From an uncultured Alphaproteobacteria bacterium (GTDB lineage Bacteria; Pseudomonadota; Alphaproteobacteria; Rhizobiales; Beijerinckiaceae), in the NCBI GenBank assembly GCA_963820145.1, contig CAWFZD010000024.1, positions 36,216 to 100,215 of the forward strand: 64,000 nucleotides of DNA, in the 5' to 3' direction. Under the pieces are notes generated by a model. It was given only the letters and a program-made list of their open reading frames with translations. It was not told the DNA's origin and ran no database searches. Shown here piece after piece: positions 62,592 to 64,000 of this stretch (its first letter is position 1; each line of letters begins with the position of its first letter). Both the position numbers and the translations under genes were made by a program.

Positions 62592-63335
62592 ATGACCTTC
62601 GCCGCCGATTACGCTCCCGCCCGCGTGCTGCCTTCGCCCAATCACAACGACAGGCGGCGTCCAGTCTCTTCGCTGATCCTGCATTACACCGGCATGCCGA
62701 GCGCGCAGGCCGCGCTGGATCTATTGCTGAGCCCGGCGGCGGAAGTCTCGGCGCATTATATGGTCGACGAAGACGGCTCCGTCCTTCAGCTCGTCCCCGA
62801 AGCCAGACGCGCCTGGCACGCCGGCAAAAGCTTTTGGCGCGGCGAGACGGATATGAACTCCGCGTCGATCGGCGTCGAGATCGTCCATCCCGGACATGAC
62901 GACCCGAGGCCCTACCCAAAAGCCCAGATCGCGGCGGTGATCGCCCTGGCGCGCGACGTTTGCGCCCGCAATCGCATCGAGAAGCGCGACGTGCTCGGCC
63001 ATTCTGACATCGCGGTGACCCGTAAAATCGATCCTGGGGAATTCTTTCCCTGGGGCGAACTCGCCGCGGCGGGAGTCGGGCTCCATGTCACGCCTGCGCC
63101 GCTTTTGGGGCTTGAGACGCCGATCGGCGACGCTGAGACCTTCGCGTTGCGCGCCGGTCTCGCGCGCTATGGCTATAACGTCGCCGCGACCGGCGCCTGT
63201 GACGCGGCGCTGGCCGAGGTGGTCGCCGCCTTCCAGCGGCACTTCCGCCCCGAGCGGGTCGACGGACGCGCCGATGCTTCGACGAGAGCGACGCTGCGGG
63301 CGCTGCTCGACGAAATGGACCGGAGCCGCCGATGA
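62592..63335 (+). CDS. N-acetylmuramoyl-L-alanine amidase (AmiD/AmpD type) with peptidoglycan-binding C-terminus
   Basis: SPNHNDR, ILHYTG, VSAHY, AWHAGKS, SIGVEI, GHSDIA..RKIDPG, AFQRHFRP. Confidence 0.92.
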   Translation: MTFAADYAPARVLPSPNHNDRRRPVSSLILHYTGMPSAQAALDLLLSPAAEVSAHYMVDEDGSVLQLVPEARRAWHAGKSFWRGETDMNSASIGVEIVHPGHDDPRPYPKAQIAAVIALARDVCARNRIEKRDVLGHSDIAVTRKIDPGEFFPWGELAAAGVGLHVTPAPLLGLETPIGDAETFALRAGLARYGYNVAATGACDAALAEVVAAFQRHFRPERVDGRADASTRATLRALLDEMDRSRR

Positions 63336-64000
63336 CGAAAAAGCGCAGCGTGGTGGTGACGGGCGTCTCCAGCGGCATTGGAGAAGCTTGCGTCGAGGCT
63401 TTGATCGCGGCCGGATTTTTCGTCTTCGGTTCGGTGCGCGCCGAGGCCGACGCTTCGAGACTTCAAGCTGCGCATGGAAAAAATCTCGCGCCGCTGATCT
63501 TGGATGTGACCGACGCGGCGCAAATCGAGGCCGCCCGGAAAGAGGTGGAGGCGCGGCTCGCCGGCGATAATCTCGCCGGTCTCGTCAACAACGCCGGCGT
63601 CGCGCTGCCAGGGCCTTTGCTGCTGCAACCAATCGAAGAAGTGCGGCGGCAGTTCGAGGTCAATCTCTTCGGCCAGCTGATCGTGATCCAAAGCTTCGCG
63701 CCCTTGCTCGGCGCGCGGGCGAACGCTCGCGGCGCGCCCGGACGGATCGTCAACATGAGCTCGGTCTCGGGCAAATTCGCGCCGCCGTTCCTTGGCGCCT
63801 ACGCCGGCTCGAAACATGCTCTCGAGGCGTTTTCGGACGCGTTGCGCCGAGAGCTGACGATTTTTGGCGTCGACGTGATCGTGATCGAGCCGGGCGCCAT
63901 AGCGACGCCGATCTGGGACAAGGCGGAGGCGGCGCCGCTGGATCGCTACGACTCATCCCTCTTTGCGGGCGCCATTCGCGGCCTGCAGAAGGAGGCGGCG
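63332..64000 (+). CDS. SDR family oxidoreductase (runs off window end)
   Basis: Manual translation MTKKRSVVVTGVSSGIG...LVNNAG...RIVNMSS...YAGSK. Confidence 0.9.
   Translation, partial: MTKKRSVVVTGVSSGIGEACVEALIAAGFFVFGSVRAEADASRLQAAHGKNLAPLILDVTDAAQIEAARKEVEARLAGDNLAGLVNNAGVALPGPLLLQPIEEVRRQFEVNLFGQLIVIQSFAPLLGARANARGAPGRIVNMSSVSGKFAPPFLGAYAGSKHALEAFSDALRRELTIFGVDVIVIEPGAIATPIWDKAEAAPLDRYDSSLFAGAIRGLQKEAA

Overview
High-GC alphaproteobacterial chromosome segment, almost certainly from a type II methanotroph (Methylocystis/Methylosinus-like), based on a stand-alone pmoC and several Omp25/RopB-type porin paralogs. (1) 1-4.6 kb, minus strand: a DUF2946/CruR-like CxxC...RAPP leader gene whose RAPP-stop end is triplicated as a 33-bp repeat, followed by a porin, a TonB-dependent receptor and a small Cys-rich secreted protein. 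(2) 5.5-29.7 kb: a sulfur-related island. It holds a YeiH transporter, serine O-acetyltransferase, a family 2A encapsulin with its cysteine desulfurase cargo, XRE-cupin, ArsR (SqrR/BigR-like) and two Rrf2 regulators. It also holds an uncharacterised periplasmic operon (DUF1549/DUF1553, DUF1501, cupredoxin, cytochromes, YghX hydrolase, Cys-less rhodanese, peroxiredoxin) and a TBDR/TonB/ExbBD set. A recurring YYTAY-N7-RTARR dyad occurs in most of the island's promoter regions. (3) 30-45 kb: cspA, two enzymes lacking catalytic residues, cyoABCD with CyoD fused to a membrane-fusion protein, a molybdo-oxidoreductase pair and a RecD-like helicase. (4) 45-64 kb: mostly housekeeping and envelope genes (glcF, lptB, leuD, fabD), an IS5 remnant, a DJ-1/AraC/LOV fusion divergent from ftsH, and singleton pmoC. 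Many genes carry single-base frameshifts (about ten in cyoB alone), most likely long-read indel errors. All family assignments come from motif recognition by eye, not database searches.
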